DNA of 64,000 nucleotides from Myxococcota bacterium (lineage in GTDB: Bacteria > Myxococcota_A > UBA9160 > SZUA-336), in contig JBHHVJ010000012.1 of assembly GCA_046754285.1 (NCBI GenBank), positions 3,249 to 67,248 on the forward strand, written 5' to 3'. Below are positions 44,734-54,090 of this stretch, in pieces. A model generated the notes under the pieces. That model ran no database searches. It saw nothing but the letters and a program-made list of their open reading frames with translations, and was not told the DNA's origin. The translations under genes were made by a program, and so were the position numbers. Position 1 is the first letter of the stretch. The number at the start of each line of letters is the position of its first letter.

Positions 44734-46110
44734 TCAGTAACGGGAGTATTCGATGAGCCGGTCGACGCGTCGCTGCCAGGCACCCTCCCATCGTTCGATC
44801 AGGTGCTGTCCGGGGCTGGCACGGCGCTCGAGGAGCTCGTACAGGGGCTCCAAGAAGAGACGCTCGTCCTCGCCGAAGCGATTGCGCACGTCCATGCGCC
44901 GCAGCCCGGCCGCTGCCAGATCCAGCACCGTGCGGCAGATCTCGAGCAACGGGCCACTCGGCGTGAGGGCGCGCAGCGCCCGCCGCGCTACCTCAGCGTG
45001 CAGCCGGTCCACCGCATCGAAGCTCCAGCCCCCCACCAGCTCCCAGGCCCGGCGCAGGCTGTCGTCATCGTAGAGCAGCCCCTTCCAGAAGGCCGGCAGG
45101 CCGCAGACCAGACCCGGGGGGACGGCATCGCAGCCCCGGACCTCGAGAACGCGCTTGAGTCGCACCTCCGGAAAGAGCGAGGTCAGGTGGAGATTCCAGT
45201 CGGCCAGCGTGGCGGGCTCGCCGCCGGCCCCCTCGGCGAGGAACTCCCGGAAGGTCCGTCCGCGCATGGGGCGGTGGGCCCCACCGCGTACGATGAAGAT
45301 CATCGGCACGTCGAGGGCCCACTTGGCATAAGCCCGATACGCCGAGCCCTCGATGAACTCCGGCGAGAACGCGAACGGAAGCAGGCCGCAGCGCGCGGGA
45401 GCGGTGTGGCGCCAGATCCAAGCGCGGCGAGAGAGGAAGCCGTTCGGCGCCCCCTCCGAGATGCTCGAGTTCGCATATAGGGCGGTGAGAACGGGCGAGA
45501 GAGCCAAGGCCACGCGCATCTTCCGGGCCAGATCAGCCTCGGACGCGAAATCGAGGTTCACCTGCACGCTGCCCGTGGCGTGCATCATCTCGAGCGCCAG
45601 CTCCCCACGACCGCCGAGGAAGTCACGCATGATCGTGTAGCGCGAGCGGGGCATGCGCGGGATCTCCTCGAGCTTCGCGAGGGGATGGATGCCGAGCCCG
45701 AGCCAGACCATTCCAAAGCGCTCGGAGACGTGCTTCATGAGCGCGAGGTGGCCCTGAAACTCGCGACAGGTCTCGTGGATCGAAGAGAAGGGCACGCCCG
45801 AGAGCTCGAGCTGGCCGCCGGGCTCCAGGGTGATCGTCGCGCCGTCACGCTCGAGCCCCACGAGCCGCCCCTCGTCGAGCAGCGGGGCGAAGTCGTGCTC
45901 GCGTTCGAGCGCACGCAGCAGCGCGGCGATGCCCCGCTCACCCTCGTAGGGCAGCGGCTCGAGACTGTCGTAGTACAGGCCGACCTTCTCGTGCTCGGTC
46001 CCCACGCGCCACTCCGCGCGCGGCGTCTCGGCCTTTCGGAAGAACTCCACGAGCTGCGTGGGAGACTCGATCGGCCGTGCGAGCTCCGGATCTTCACGCG
46101 TGAGCGTCAT
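44734..46110 (-). CDS. gshA: glutamate--cysteine ligase, plant/alpha-proteobacterial type (GCS2 family)
   Basis: 458 aa, with WRVGTEHEKVGL, ITLEPGGQLELSG, MHATGSVQVNLDF and the C-terminal ligase pattern. Confidence 0.8.
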   Translation of the reverse strand: MTLTREDPELARPIESPTQLVEFFRKAETPRAEWRVGTEHEKVGLYYDSLEPLPYEGERGIAALLRALEREHDFAPLLDEGRLVGLERDGATITLEPGGQLELSGVPFSSIHETCREFQGHLALMKHVSERFGMVWLGLGIHPLAKLEEIPRMPRSRYTIMRDFLGGRGELALEMMHATGSVQVNLDFASEADLARKMRVALALSPVLTALYANSSISEGAPNGFLSRRAWIWRHTAPARCGLLPFAFSPEFIEGSAYRAYAKWALDVPMIFIVRGGAHRPMRGRTFREFLAEGAGGEPATLADWNLHLTSLFPEVRLKRVLEVRGCDAVPPGLVCGLPAFWKGLLYDDDSLRRAWELVGGWSFDAVDRLHAEVARRALRALTPSGPLLEICRTVLDLAAAGLRRMDVRNRFGEDERLFLEPLYELLERRASPGQHLIERWEGAWQRRVDRLIEYSRY

Positions 46111-46679
46111 GGGGCGCCCCCCCCGTAAAGCGCGGGGTGCAGCCGGCGCACGTAGGCGCAGGTCACGGCCTGGGCACCGTACTCGGCGCGCGTCAGCACC
46201 CCTCCGGTGAGTCGACCGATGTTCCCCGCGCCGGGTCCCGGATCGGGCCAGCCAGGCGGCGGCTCGAAGAGCGCGTCAAAGGCCCCTCCGACGGGCACAC
46301 GCTGCGGGCCCGTGGCTGCACGCACGCAGGGGGACGGATACTCGAAGCCTGCCGTCAGGCCAAGTGATTCTTCGGTCCCATCGAAGAGCACACAGAATCC
46401 CACGTTCAGGTACCCCGTCACCGCGGCGGGCAGCTCGATCAGCCCGTCTTCGATGCCGGCCCCGAGGTCCACGTTTCCCAGCGCAAAGCTCTCCCGCGCC
46501 CTCGTACGGGCGCCGGCCAGGATCTCGTCGAAGCCGATCGGCTGCTCCGGGACACCGGTTCGCGCCTCACATCCCTCGATCTCGAGCTGGGCCGAGAAAG
46601 GGCTGAGGCCTCGACGTACGGCCTCGAGCTTGGCTGCGTTCAGGCTGCCCACGCGCACGCGAAGCATCGCGGACTTCAT
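46107..46679 (-). CDS. yjjX: inosine/xanthosine triphosphatase (YjjX/DUF84 family)
   Basis: This is the C-terminal part of ORF 46107..47153(-). ATG 46679 overlaps the upstream stop (ATGA). VRVGSLNAAKLEAV, TGVPEQPIG and GNIGRLTGGVLTRAEYGAQAV are colinear with E. coli YjjX. Confidence 0.8.
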   Translation of the reverse strand: MKSAMLRVRVGSLNAAKLEAVRRGLSPFSAQLEIEGCEARTGVPEQPIGFDEILAGARTRARESFALGNVDLGAGIEDGLIELPAAVTGYLNVGFCVLFDGTEESLGLTAGFEYPSPCVRAATGPQRVPVGGAFDALFEPPPGWPDPGPGAGNIGRLTGGVLTRAEYGAQAVTCAYVRRLHPALYGGGAP

Positions 46680-47104
46680 CGGTCCGTGGCCTGACGGATC
46701 AGCTCGACCAGGACGTCCTCCAGGCCCCGCTCCACCTCGTCGCTGCGCAGGGGGAAATCGCGGCAAGGCTTCTCCGGCTTGCCGCGACGAAAAGGACCGA
46801 CGAGCGTGACTTTGGGGCCCTCCTCGCGCGCCTTGGCCACACAGAGGATCTCCCAGCGGCCGCGGCTCACGCGGAACTGCAGACAGTCCACGTGCTTCTC
46901 GTCGGGCTCCACGGGGCCGATCGCGAAGCTCGCCAGATGCTCGGCTCCGCGCTTGCGAAGCTCCTCCTGAAAGTGCTCCAGTGCGCTGCGTGCTATCGCG
47001 TGCAGCGCGGTGGCCCCCTCGCGCACACCGGCCAGCCGACTCGGGAGCTCTCGATCCCGCTCGGCCAGCTCGGCCGCAAGCTCGACGAAGCGCTCGATTC
47101 CCAC
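46676..47104 (-). CDS. hypothetical protein (142 aa)
   Basis: A GTG-start ORF and the first gene of an ATGA-coupled three-gene string. No family is recognised. Confidence 0.55.
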   Translation of the reverse strand: MGIERFVELAAELAERDRELPSRLAGVREGATALHAIARSALEHFQEELRKRGAEHLASFAIGPVEPDEKHVDCLQFRVSRGRWEILCVAKAREEGPKVTLVGPFRRGKPEKPCRDFPLRSDEVERGLEDVLVELIRQATDR

Positions 47105-47156
47105 GCCGCAAGTGTAGCGAGGGCAGCCGCATCCGCGCTGCTATACTGCCCAAGGG

Positions 47157-48566
47157 ATGAACGGCTCAAGATCCCTTCCGGGGATCGCGCTGGGGGGTGG
47201 GGCCTTCCTCGCGTTGATCCTCCTCGACCGGATCGCGCTCGGCTACGCGGCCCTGGCGCTCGGCCTGCTGCTCTTCTGTCTGCGGACGCGCACGTCGCTG
47301 AACTGGCAGATCGTGCTCGGTGCAGCTCTGGGGGTCGGAATCGGACTCGCTCTGCAGGGCCTCACCACGGCGGAGAACGCGGCCCGTCACGTCGCGGCGC
47401 TCGCCGTGATCGGCGGCCTCTTCATCGCCGCGCTCAAGATGCTGATCGCGCCGATGATTCTGCTCTCGATCACGCACGGGATCGCCCAGATGGCCGAAGC
47501 GCGCGACCTCGGTCGCATCGGCCTCCGCACCGTGGCGCTCTACCTGCTCACGATGGTTCTGGCGGTGACCACGGGCCTGGTTCTCGTCAACCTCTTCCAT
47601 CCGGGACGCGGAAGCGCCCTGCTCGAGTCCCGCTTCTTCCTGGAGGCCGTCGGCGGCGCGGGAGAGCTCCCCGCGTACGCCTCCCTCCCCGAGTTCCTCC
47701 ACGAGACGCTGCGACAGATTCTCACCAACCCGTTCGCTTCGCTCGCCGAGGGCCGCGTGCTCCCGATCGTCGTCTTCGCGATTCTGCTCGGCATCGCGCT
47801 GCTGCAGCTGGGTGCACGCGCCACCGTGCTGGTCCAGACCGTGAGCGCGAGCTACGAGGCGATCATGAAGATGATCGGGTGGATCATCCGGCTCGCCCCG
47901 GTGGGGATCTTCGCGCTGATCGGCAAGCTCGTGGCCAGCGTGCCGTTCGGGGATCTGGTCGAGAACCTGGGACGCTTCGCGGGCGTGGTGATCCTTGGGA
48001 TCCTGATCCATGCCTTCGTGACGCTTCCGCTCTTCGCACGCGTGCTCGCCGGCATGCACCCCGCGAAGCTGTTTCGGGGGATCCGCGAGGCCTTGGTGGT
48101 CGCCTTCTCCACGAGCTCGAGCGCGGCAACGCTTCCGGTCACCACCCGATGTGTCGAGGAGAACCTCCAGGTTCCTCCGAGCGTGTCGAGCTTCGTGCTT
48201 CCGCTGGGGGCCACGGTCAACATGGACGGGACGGCGCTCTACGAGGCGATCGCAGCGGTCTTCGTAGCCGCCATCTACGGGATCGATCTTCCGTTGGGCT
48301 CCCAGCTGGTGGTCTTCTTCGTGGCCATGGTGACCGCGATTGGAGCGCCGGGCATCCCGTCGGCGGGGATGGTCACGATGCTCGTCGTGCTCGAGGCGGT
48401 GAACCTGCCCGGGGAGGCCGTGGGCATCCTGCTCACGATCGACCGCTTCCTCGACACCTTTCGCACCATGGCGAACGTCGAGGGAGATGCCGTCGTGGCC
48501 GTCTGCGTCGCCCGCTCGGAGGCGGGCGGGGGCTACATCGCCGCTTCGACCACCACGGGCGACTGA
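47157..48566 (+). CDS. dicarboxylate/amino acid:cation symporter (DAACS family)
   Basis: 469 aa, polytopic, with FSTSSSAATLPVT, NMDGTALYEA, GAPGIPSAG and DRFLDTFRTMANV. Confidence 0.9.
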   Translation: MNGSRSLPGIALGGGAFLALILLDRIALGYAALALGLLLFCLRTRTSLNWQIVLGAALGVGIGLALQGLTTAENAARHVAALAVIGGLFIAALKMLIAPMILLSITHGIAQMAEARDLGRIGLRTVALYLLTMVLAVTTGLVLVNLFHPGRGSALLESRFFLEAVGGAGELPAYASLPEFLHETLRQILTNPFASLAEGRVLPIVVFAILLGIALLQLGARATVLVQTVSASYEAIMKMIGWIIRLAPVGIFALIGKLVASVPFGDLVENLGRFAGVVILGILIHAFVTLPLFARVLAGMHPAKLFRGIREALVVAFSTSSSAATLPVTTRCVEENLQVPPSVSSFVLPLGATVNMDGTALYEAIAAVFVAAIYGIDLPLGSQLVVFFVAMVTAIGAPGIPSAGMVTMLVVLEAVNLPGEAVGILLTIDRFLDTFRTMANVEGDAVVAVCVARSEAGGGYIAASTTTGD

Positions 48567-49960
48567 GCCTCACGCAGCTCCGCGAGCCGAATGTCCCGGA
48601 GCTGCTCGAAGCGCACCCGCGCCTTCACGGTGATCGGCGTTCCCTTTGGGAAGCGCACCTTGAGCGGATCCACGAAGCGACCGCGCACGCGCAGCCGATA
48701 GTCGAGGTGAGGGCCGGTGGCCAGGCCACTCTTGCCGACGTAGCCGATGACCTGCTTTTGTTGCACGCGTGCCCCCACACGGACGCCCTTGCCGTAACGC
48801 GAGAGGTGACCGTAATACGACGTGTAGCCATTGCCGTGGCGGACCTTGATCAGCCGTCCGAGCCCGCCGCTCCAGCCCTTGAAGGTCACCACTCCGTCCG
48901 CCACGGCCCAGACGGGCGTGCCCGTGGGTGCCGCGTAGTCGACGCCCTCGTGCGGGCGACGAACCTTGAGCACCGGATGCAGGCGCGCCTTGCTGTAGCG
49001 TGAGCTGATGCGGCTGTACTTGACCGGCGCACGCAGGAAGGTCCGCCGTACCGAGTAGCCTTCGGGGGTGTAGTAGTCCCCGTAGCCGTCGCGGTCTTCG
49101 AAGTAGAGCGCGGTGAACTCCTTGCGCGGCGTGCGGTAGCTGGCCGCGAGGACCTTTCCGTAGCGCACGAAGCCGTCCCGGTCGTAGAGCTTCTCCACGA
49201 CCATGCGAAACTCATCGCCGGGTCGCGTCTGACTCGAGAAGTCGAAGTCCCAGACGAAGACGTCGGCGAACGCCTGGGCGAGCTCTCCGCCCTCTCCGAG
49301 ATCCTTGATCGCGCGGAAGAGGGAGTGCTCGATCACCCCGCTGAGCTGAACGACGCGCCGCTGGAGCGGCGCCTCGGTTCGCGTGGCCTGGAGGAGCCCG
49401 AACCCGTTGCGCTGGAGCTTGTAGACCGTGCGCCGGCCGCGCTGATACTCGAAGGAAAGCAGCTCTCCTTCGTTGGCGGTGACCAGCGCGAAGAAGTCAC
49501 CGGCGTGAGCGTGCCGGAAGTCGAAGAGGGGGCGCATGGCCCGCGCGATGTCGTCGATCAGGCCGGGCGAGACACCCTGGTCCCGCAGCGCAATGGCCAG
49601 CGTACCGCCCCGCGGGATGTGGCCGGTGCGCACCTGCAGGGTGCCCGAGTCCGGCTCCTCGGGGGCGAACGGCTCGACTCCGCGCTCCAGGGAGACCGGG
49701 AGCACGGGACCGAAGGGCAGCGCCGGCCCGTCCGCAGCCGGGGAGTCGAGCACCTCGACGCGCCGCGCTCCGAGCGGATCCGGAGGGGACCCGCCCCTCA
49801 GGAGCCCGTAGGACACACAGGCGGAGAGCACGAAGAGCAGCGCCGCAGACACCAGGGCTCGACGCCCGGGATTTGCGCCACCGGCCCGGCGCCCGGCGTC
49901 CCCGATCCGTTGCAGAGCGCGCACCCGAAGGCTCCGCCCGTGGCGGATCCGGCGGTTCAT
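48533..49960 (-). CDS. M23 family metallopeptidase (peptidoglycan DD-endopeptidase type)
   Basis: ORF 48533..49984(-). ATG 49960 is preferred because GAGGA lies upstream. An N-terminal TM anchor is present. The catalytic HEGVDYAAPTGTPVWA and HGNGYTSYYGHLS are found. Confidence 0.9.
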   Translation of the reverse strand: MNRRIRHGRSLRVRALQRIGDAGRRAGGANPGRRALVSAALLFVLSACVSYGLLRGGSPPDPLGARRVEVLDSPAADGPALPFGPVLPVSLERGVEPFAPEEPDSGTLQVRTGHIPRGGTLAIALRDQGVSPGLIDDIARAMRPLFDFRHAHAGDFFALVTANEGELLSFEYQRGRRTVYKLQRNGFGLLQATRTEAPLQRRVVQLSGVIEHSLFRAIKDLGEGGELAQAFADVFVWDFDFSSQTRPGDEFRMVVEKLYDRDGFVRYGKVLAASYRTPRKEFTALYFEDRDGYGDYYTPEGYSVRRTFLRAPVKYSRISSRYSKARLHPVLKVRRPHEGVDYAAPTGTPVWAVADGVVTFKGWSGGLGRLIKVRHGNGYTSYYGHLSRYGKGVRVGARVQQKQVIGYVGKSGLATGPHLDYRLRVRGRFVDPLKVRFPKGTPITVKARVRFEQLRDIRLAELREAQSPVVVEAAM

Positions 49961-50133
49961 GATCCTGTCCTCACGCGTCGGCATGCTCCTGTACCCGTCA
50001 GCTCGATGAACCGCATCCGGACCGCTTCGCTACCTACGCGGGCCCCACGGGCGGACTCAATCAATGGCGTATAGTGCCACGGGTGGCAAGAGAGCGGCCA
50101 ATCGCGCCGTAACACCCCAGAATCCGGACCGGA

Positions 50134-51519
50134 ATGACCCTGCTCGCGGGCGCCGCACGCGCCGACATCACGCCCGAGCCCGGCATCGAGCTCATGGGCT
50201 ACGGGCTGCGTTCGGAGCCCTCGCGCGGCGTCCACGATCCGCTCTTCGCGCGGGCCCTCTACCTGGCCCCCGCGGAGGAGCCCGGCTCCGCCCAGCTGCT
50301 GGTCAGTGCGGACCTCTGCCTGCTGACACCGCTTCAGGCCCGCGAGCTGCGTCAGCGCATCGGCGCGGAGAGCGGGCTCCCCTGGACCCAGATTCTGTTG
50401 GCCTGCACGCACACCCACTCCGGCCCGGAGACGGGGCTCGGAGCGGAGGCCCGCGGTCGGCCGGCTCCGCCGGGCATCGAGAAGACCTTCGCTGGGATCG
50501 TCCGTGCAGCGCTGGAGGCGCCTCGCCGTGCGCGACCTGCTCGCGTGGCCTGGGCCCGGGCCCGCTGCGCGATCGGACGCAATCGACGGCTTCGCGATGG
50601 GCCCGAGGACTCCATGTTCCGCGTGCTGCGCGTCGAGGCGGTGGACGGATCCCCGCTCGCGCTGATCCTCCACTGTGCCTGCCATCCGACCGTCCTGGGG
50701 CACGAGAACCTGGAGATCTCGGCCGACTGGCCGGGGGTCGCCTGCCGACTTCTCGAGAGCGAGACGGGGTCCGTGGCCCTCTTCATGCTGGGGGCCCACG
50801 CCGACGTCGATCCCCGCACGCGAGGGCTCAAGGACCTCGCGATCCCGGGGCAGAGCGTGGGGCTGGGCTTCGAGGCGGTCGAGGTGCTGGGCCGGGAGCT
50901 CGCCGAGTCCGCTCTCGGGGCGCTCGCCGAAGCCCCGGTGGCCTGGCGCGAAGGACCGCTGCGCGTCGCGGGCGGTACGGCGCGGGTCCCGCTGCGACCG
51001 GTGACGGATCCGGGCGAGACCGCCGAGAGCGTACTGGCGCGGCAGCGCCGGGAGCTGGCCGAGCGGCTCGAGATCCACGAGGAGAGGCTTCCGAGCCCTG
51101 GCAAGCTCGAGGCGGCCGTACGGGCTCGGATGCGCGGGCGGCCACTCGGGGAGGCCCGCGAGGCAATCGCGCAGGCTCGAGCGCACGTCCGGGACCACTC
51201 GGTCTCCCTCTTCGTCGGGGAGCGTCAGGAGCTTGACGTGGAGCTGCAGCTGATGCGCATCGCGGACACCGTCCTGCTCGGCCTCCCGCTCGAGATGACC
51301 GTGGCGGTCGGGCGCGACTGGCAGCGGCGCGCCAGCAATCGAGAGCTGAACGGCGGAGTGATCAGCATCGCCAACGGCTGGCTGCGCTACCTGCCCCACG
51401 CGTCCGACCTCGCGCATCCCGAGGCACACCTGCACTACGAGGTGCTGGCCAGCCTTCTCGCGCCCCCGGCCTGCGAGCGGCTGCTCGAAGTGGGCGAGCG
51501 GCTGCTCGCGCGCCTATGA
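50134..51519 (+). CDS. neutral/alkaline ceramidase-like N-terminal domain protein
   Basis: ADITPEPGIELMGYG, VHDPLFARAL and ACTHTHSGPE are typical of the family. Confidence 0.7.
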   Translation: MTLLAGAARADITPEPGIELMGYGLRSEPSRGVHDPLFARALYLAPAEEPGSAQLLVSADLCLLTPLQARELRQRIGAESGLPWTQILLACTHTHSGPETGLGAEARGRPAPPGIEKTFAGIVRAALEAPRRARPARVAWARARCAIGRNRRLRDGPEDSMFRVLRVEAVDGSPLALILHCACHPTVLGHENLEISADWPGVACRLLESETGSVALFMLGAHADVDPRTRGLKDLAIPGQSVGLGFEAVEVLGRELAESALGALAEAPVAWREGPLRVAGGTARVPLRPVTDPGETAESVLARQRRELAERLEIHEERLPSPGKLEAAVRARMRGRPLGEAREAIAQARAHVRDHSVSLFVGERQELDVELQLMRIADTVLLGLPLEMTVAVGRDWQRRASNRELNGGVISIANGWLRYLPHASDLAHPEAHLHYEVLASLLAPPACERLLEVGERLLARL

Positions 51520-52818
51520 CTCCCGCAGCTCTCCGATGGCCGTGTGGATGCACTCGAAGAGCGGCTCGACCTCGGCCTCCTCTAGACAGCTGAAGGCGAT
51601 GCGGATGTCGCTCGACCCGATCGAGATGACGCCCACGCCGTAGCGGGAGAGGAGGTGTTGACGCAGCGCCTCGGCCTCCACACCCCGCACGCGGATGCAC
51701 ATGAAGTAGCCCGCGTTGAACGGGTAGACGCTCCAGCTCTCGCGATAGCGCTCACGGTAGACGATCTCGCGGACACGGGCGGCCCTGGCGCGAAGGATCT
51801 CGTACTTCTGGCGACGCTCCTCATCGAGCGACGCCGAGCGCAGCGCGGCCAGCACCAGGCTCTGCGACAGATTCGGGCTGTTCGAGACCGCGCCCCGGAT
51901 CGCCCCCATGGTCTTGCGCTCCAGCGCGGTCAGGATCACCTCCGGACGCGTCACAGGCGGCGGCGCGTACGTCAGGAAGCCACAGCGCAGACCCCAGACG
52001 AAGAGCTCCTTGGTCGCGCCATCGAGCTTGATCCCGAGCACACGCGGGTGCAGGTTGGCCAGGACGCCAAAGGGGGACTCGCGCAGCCCGTGGTCGTCGT
52101 AGACCAGGCCGAAGTAGGCGTCGTCCACGACCGTGAGTACACGGTGGCCCGCCTCGGCCGCCTCGAGCACCGCAGCGCGGATCCCATCGACCTCGGCGCG
52201 CCCGGGCATGTAGCCCGTCGGGTTGTTCGGAAAATTCAGCAGCAGGATGAGCTTCTCGGGCCCGGCCGTGAGCGCGGCGCGCAGACCCTCGACGTTGAAG
52301 CGTCCCGCATCGTCGTAGGCCGGGAAGGTCATCAGATGCGCACCGAGCCGCACCTCGAAGGTCAGCCGGTAGTTCCCCCAGAGCTTGTCGGGGATCACGA
52401 TTCGGTCGCCGGGCTCCACGAAGAGATCCCCCACGAGCGAGAGGCCATGGGTGATCGCGCTCGTCACGATCGGGAGGCCGAGGCTGCGCTCACGCAGCGA
52501 GGGATTCTCGGCGCGCAGCTTCTCGAGCCAGGCACGACGCAGCTCGGGCTTGCCCGCCGCGGGCGCGTAGCGCACGATGTCGGCCGCGGCCAGATCGGTC
52601 AGGTGGGAGAGGATCGAAGGGAGCGCCATGGGGCGATCCCCTTCGGTCGCCTCACCGATCGTCGCGTTGAAGCGATGCGCCTTCTCGCGTGCCTCGGCGG
52701 TTTGCGAGAGGATGCCCTTGGGAAAGTAGAGCGCCCGGCCGCGCGCCGAGAGCAGCGCGTGCACGTCGGGGCTCTCCCGCAAGAGCGTCCGGTTCAGCTC
52801 TTCGGCGAGGGGGTTCAT
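51514..52818 (-). CDS. class I/II PLP-dependent aminotransferase
   Basis: 434 aa, with NFPNNPTGY and DDAYFGLVY. The Schiff-base Lys lies in LDGATKELFVWGLRCGF. Confidence 0.85.
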   Translation of the reverse strand: MNPLAEELNRTLLRESPDVHALLSARGRALYFPKGILSQTAEAREKAHRFNATIGEATEGDRPMALPSILSHLTDLAAADIVRYAPAAGKPELRRAWLEKLRAENPSLRERSLGLPIVTSAITHGLSLVGDLFVEPGDRIVIPDKLWGNYRLTFEVRLGAHLMTFPAYDDAGRFNVEGLRAALTAGPEKLILLLNFPNNPTGYMPGRAEVDGIRAAVLEAAEAGHRVLTVVDDAYFGLVYDDHGLRESPFGVLANLHPRVLGIKLDGATKELFVWGLRCGFLTYAPPPVTRPEVILTALERKTMGAIRGAVSNSPNLSQSLVLAALRSASLDEERRQKYEILRARAARVREIVYRERYRESWSVYPFNAGYFMCIRVRGVEAEALRQHLLSRYGVGVISIGSSDIRIAFSCLEEAEVEPLFECIHTAIGELRES

Positions 52819-52940
52819 GGACGCCGCAGAATAGCACGCGCCCCCGGCGCTGACCCGGAGTCTCGCCGCGTCGCGGCGCCGCTCCCCGTGAGCACGGGAT
52901 CGACGAGCCGATCTCGCCCATGCGTGCGGCGCGAGGGCTC

Positions 52941-53405
52941 TCAGCCGCGCGTCAAGATACGCGCGCTCTCGCGAAAGGCTCGGCTCGCCCAGAAGCTCCG
53001 TGCATCGCGGTTGGCCGCCTCGACTCGAACCGAGACGGAGGTCACGCCGCGTGCCTCGAAGAAGGCGTCCGCGAGCTCGAGGAGTCCGGCGGCGAGGCCA
53101 CGGCCACGCCAGGTGGGATCGACGTAGATCTCGTGGACCCAGCCGTGGCCTGAATCCCTTCCGGGACGGCCCCGAGCCACTTCGATCTCCGCGAAGACGA
53201 AGCCGACCAGGGTGCCATTTTGCTCGGCCACCCCGAGCCGGCAGCGCGCGCTGCGGAAGCCGCGCTCGATCTCACGCCCCAGCACCTCGCGCAGGGTGGG
53301 CAAGACGGGAAACTGGGGGTCCAGGCGTCGGTGATGCTCGATCAGATCACCCCAGAGGGCGACGATCCCGTCGCGGTCACCCGCACGCGCCACCCGGATC
53401 GGCAT
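52941..53405 (-). CDS. GNAT family N-acetyltransferase
   Basis: This is the C-terminal 154 codons of ORF 52941..53726(-), from ATG 53405. The acetyl-CoA loop reads VHEIYVDPTWRGRGLAAGLL. Confidence 0.85.
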   Translation of the reverse strand: MPIRVARAGDRDGIVALWGDLIEHHRRLDPQFPVLPTLREVLGREIERGFRSARCRLGVAEQNGTLVGFVFAEIEVARGRPGRDSGHGWVHEIYVDPTWRGRGLAAGLLELADAFFEARGVTSVSVRVEAANRDARSFWASRAFRESARILTRG

Positions 53406-53409
53406 GGCT

Positions 53410-54090
53410 CTAATCGAGGAGCTGGAGCTTCTCCGCACGTAGCATCCGGAAGCTTCCCTTGAGATTCTCACCCTCACGCCAGATCCCGCGCAGCTCGCCC
53501 CCGCCCACCCGCTCGACGATGTCGAAGACGGTCGCCTCCTCCATCCCCTCGAGACCCCCGCCGCCCGAGAGCGAGTCCACGATGGTGAGCCGAATGCGCG
53601 CGGGCTCGAACTGGAGCTCCCAGCTCCGCGAGAACGTGAGCACGTTGGCCCCCCCGGGCCCCGGCGCGGATTGCGAGCGGAATCCCTCCGACACGCTGCC
53701 GAGCAGGACCTTGCGGGTCGCCGCACGCGGGCTCACGCGCAGCCGCTCGCGGAGCTCGGCGAGCCGCTGCGCGTCGGGCTCCCAGTACAGGTGCTCCATC
53801 ATGGCGTGGCGCCGAACCTCCTCGGTCTCGTCGTCGAACACGACGTACGGGTAGCGTCGCCAGACGATGCGGCCCTCGCTCTGCTCCACGGCCCAGCCGA
53901 AGTCCTTGAACTTGCGTACGCTCGGATCCGTCGAGCGGTCGTCTCGGTAGTGGATCAGCACGTACCAGGCCCCGCTCAGATCGACGCCGGTCAGATCGGA
54001 CTTTGTCCCGACCTCAGCGGCTGCGGAGCTCCCGCCGGCCAGCAGCAGAAGCCCAACAGGGAGGACGCACCTCAGCATGGGAGCGATCAT
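53410..54090 (-). CDS. secreted hypothetical protein (226 aa)
   Basis: ATG 54090 overlaps the ThyX-like stop (ATGA). The signal peptide is MIAPMLRCVLPVGLLLLAGGSSAAA. No family is recognised. Confidence 0.65.
   Translation of the reverse strand: MIAPMLRCVLPVGLLLLAGGSSAAAEVGTKSDLTGVDLSGAWYVLIHYRDDRSTDPSVRKFKDFGWAVEQSEGRIVWRRYPYVVFDDETEEVRRHAMMEHLYWEPDAQRLAELRERLRVSPRAATRKVLLGSVSEGFRSQSAPGPGGANVLTFSRSWELQFEPARIRLTIVDSLSGGGGLEGMEEATVFDIVERVGGGELRGIWREGENLKGSFRMLRAEKLQLLD

Noticed and set aside
46892-49003. 703-aa plus-strand ORF
   Set aside because: It is out of frame with the DAACS transporter gene (47157-48566), which has unmistakable family motifs. It is also antisense to the M23 peptidase. 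The translation is low-complexity and Arg/Gly/Pro-rich.
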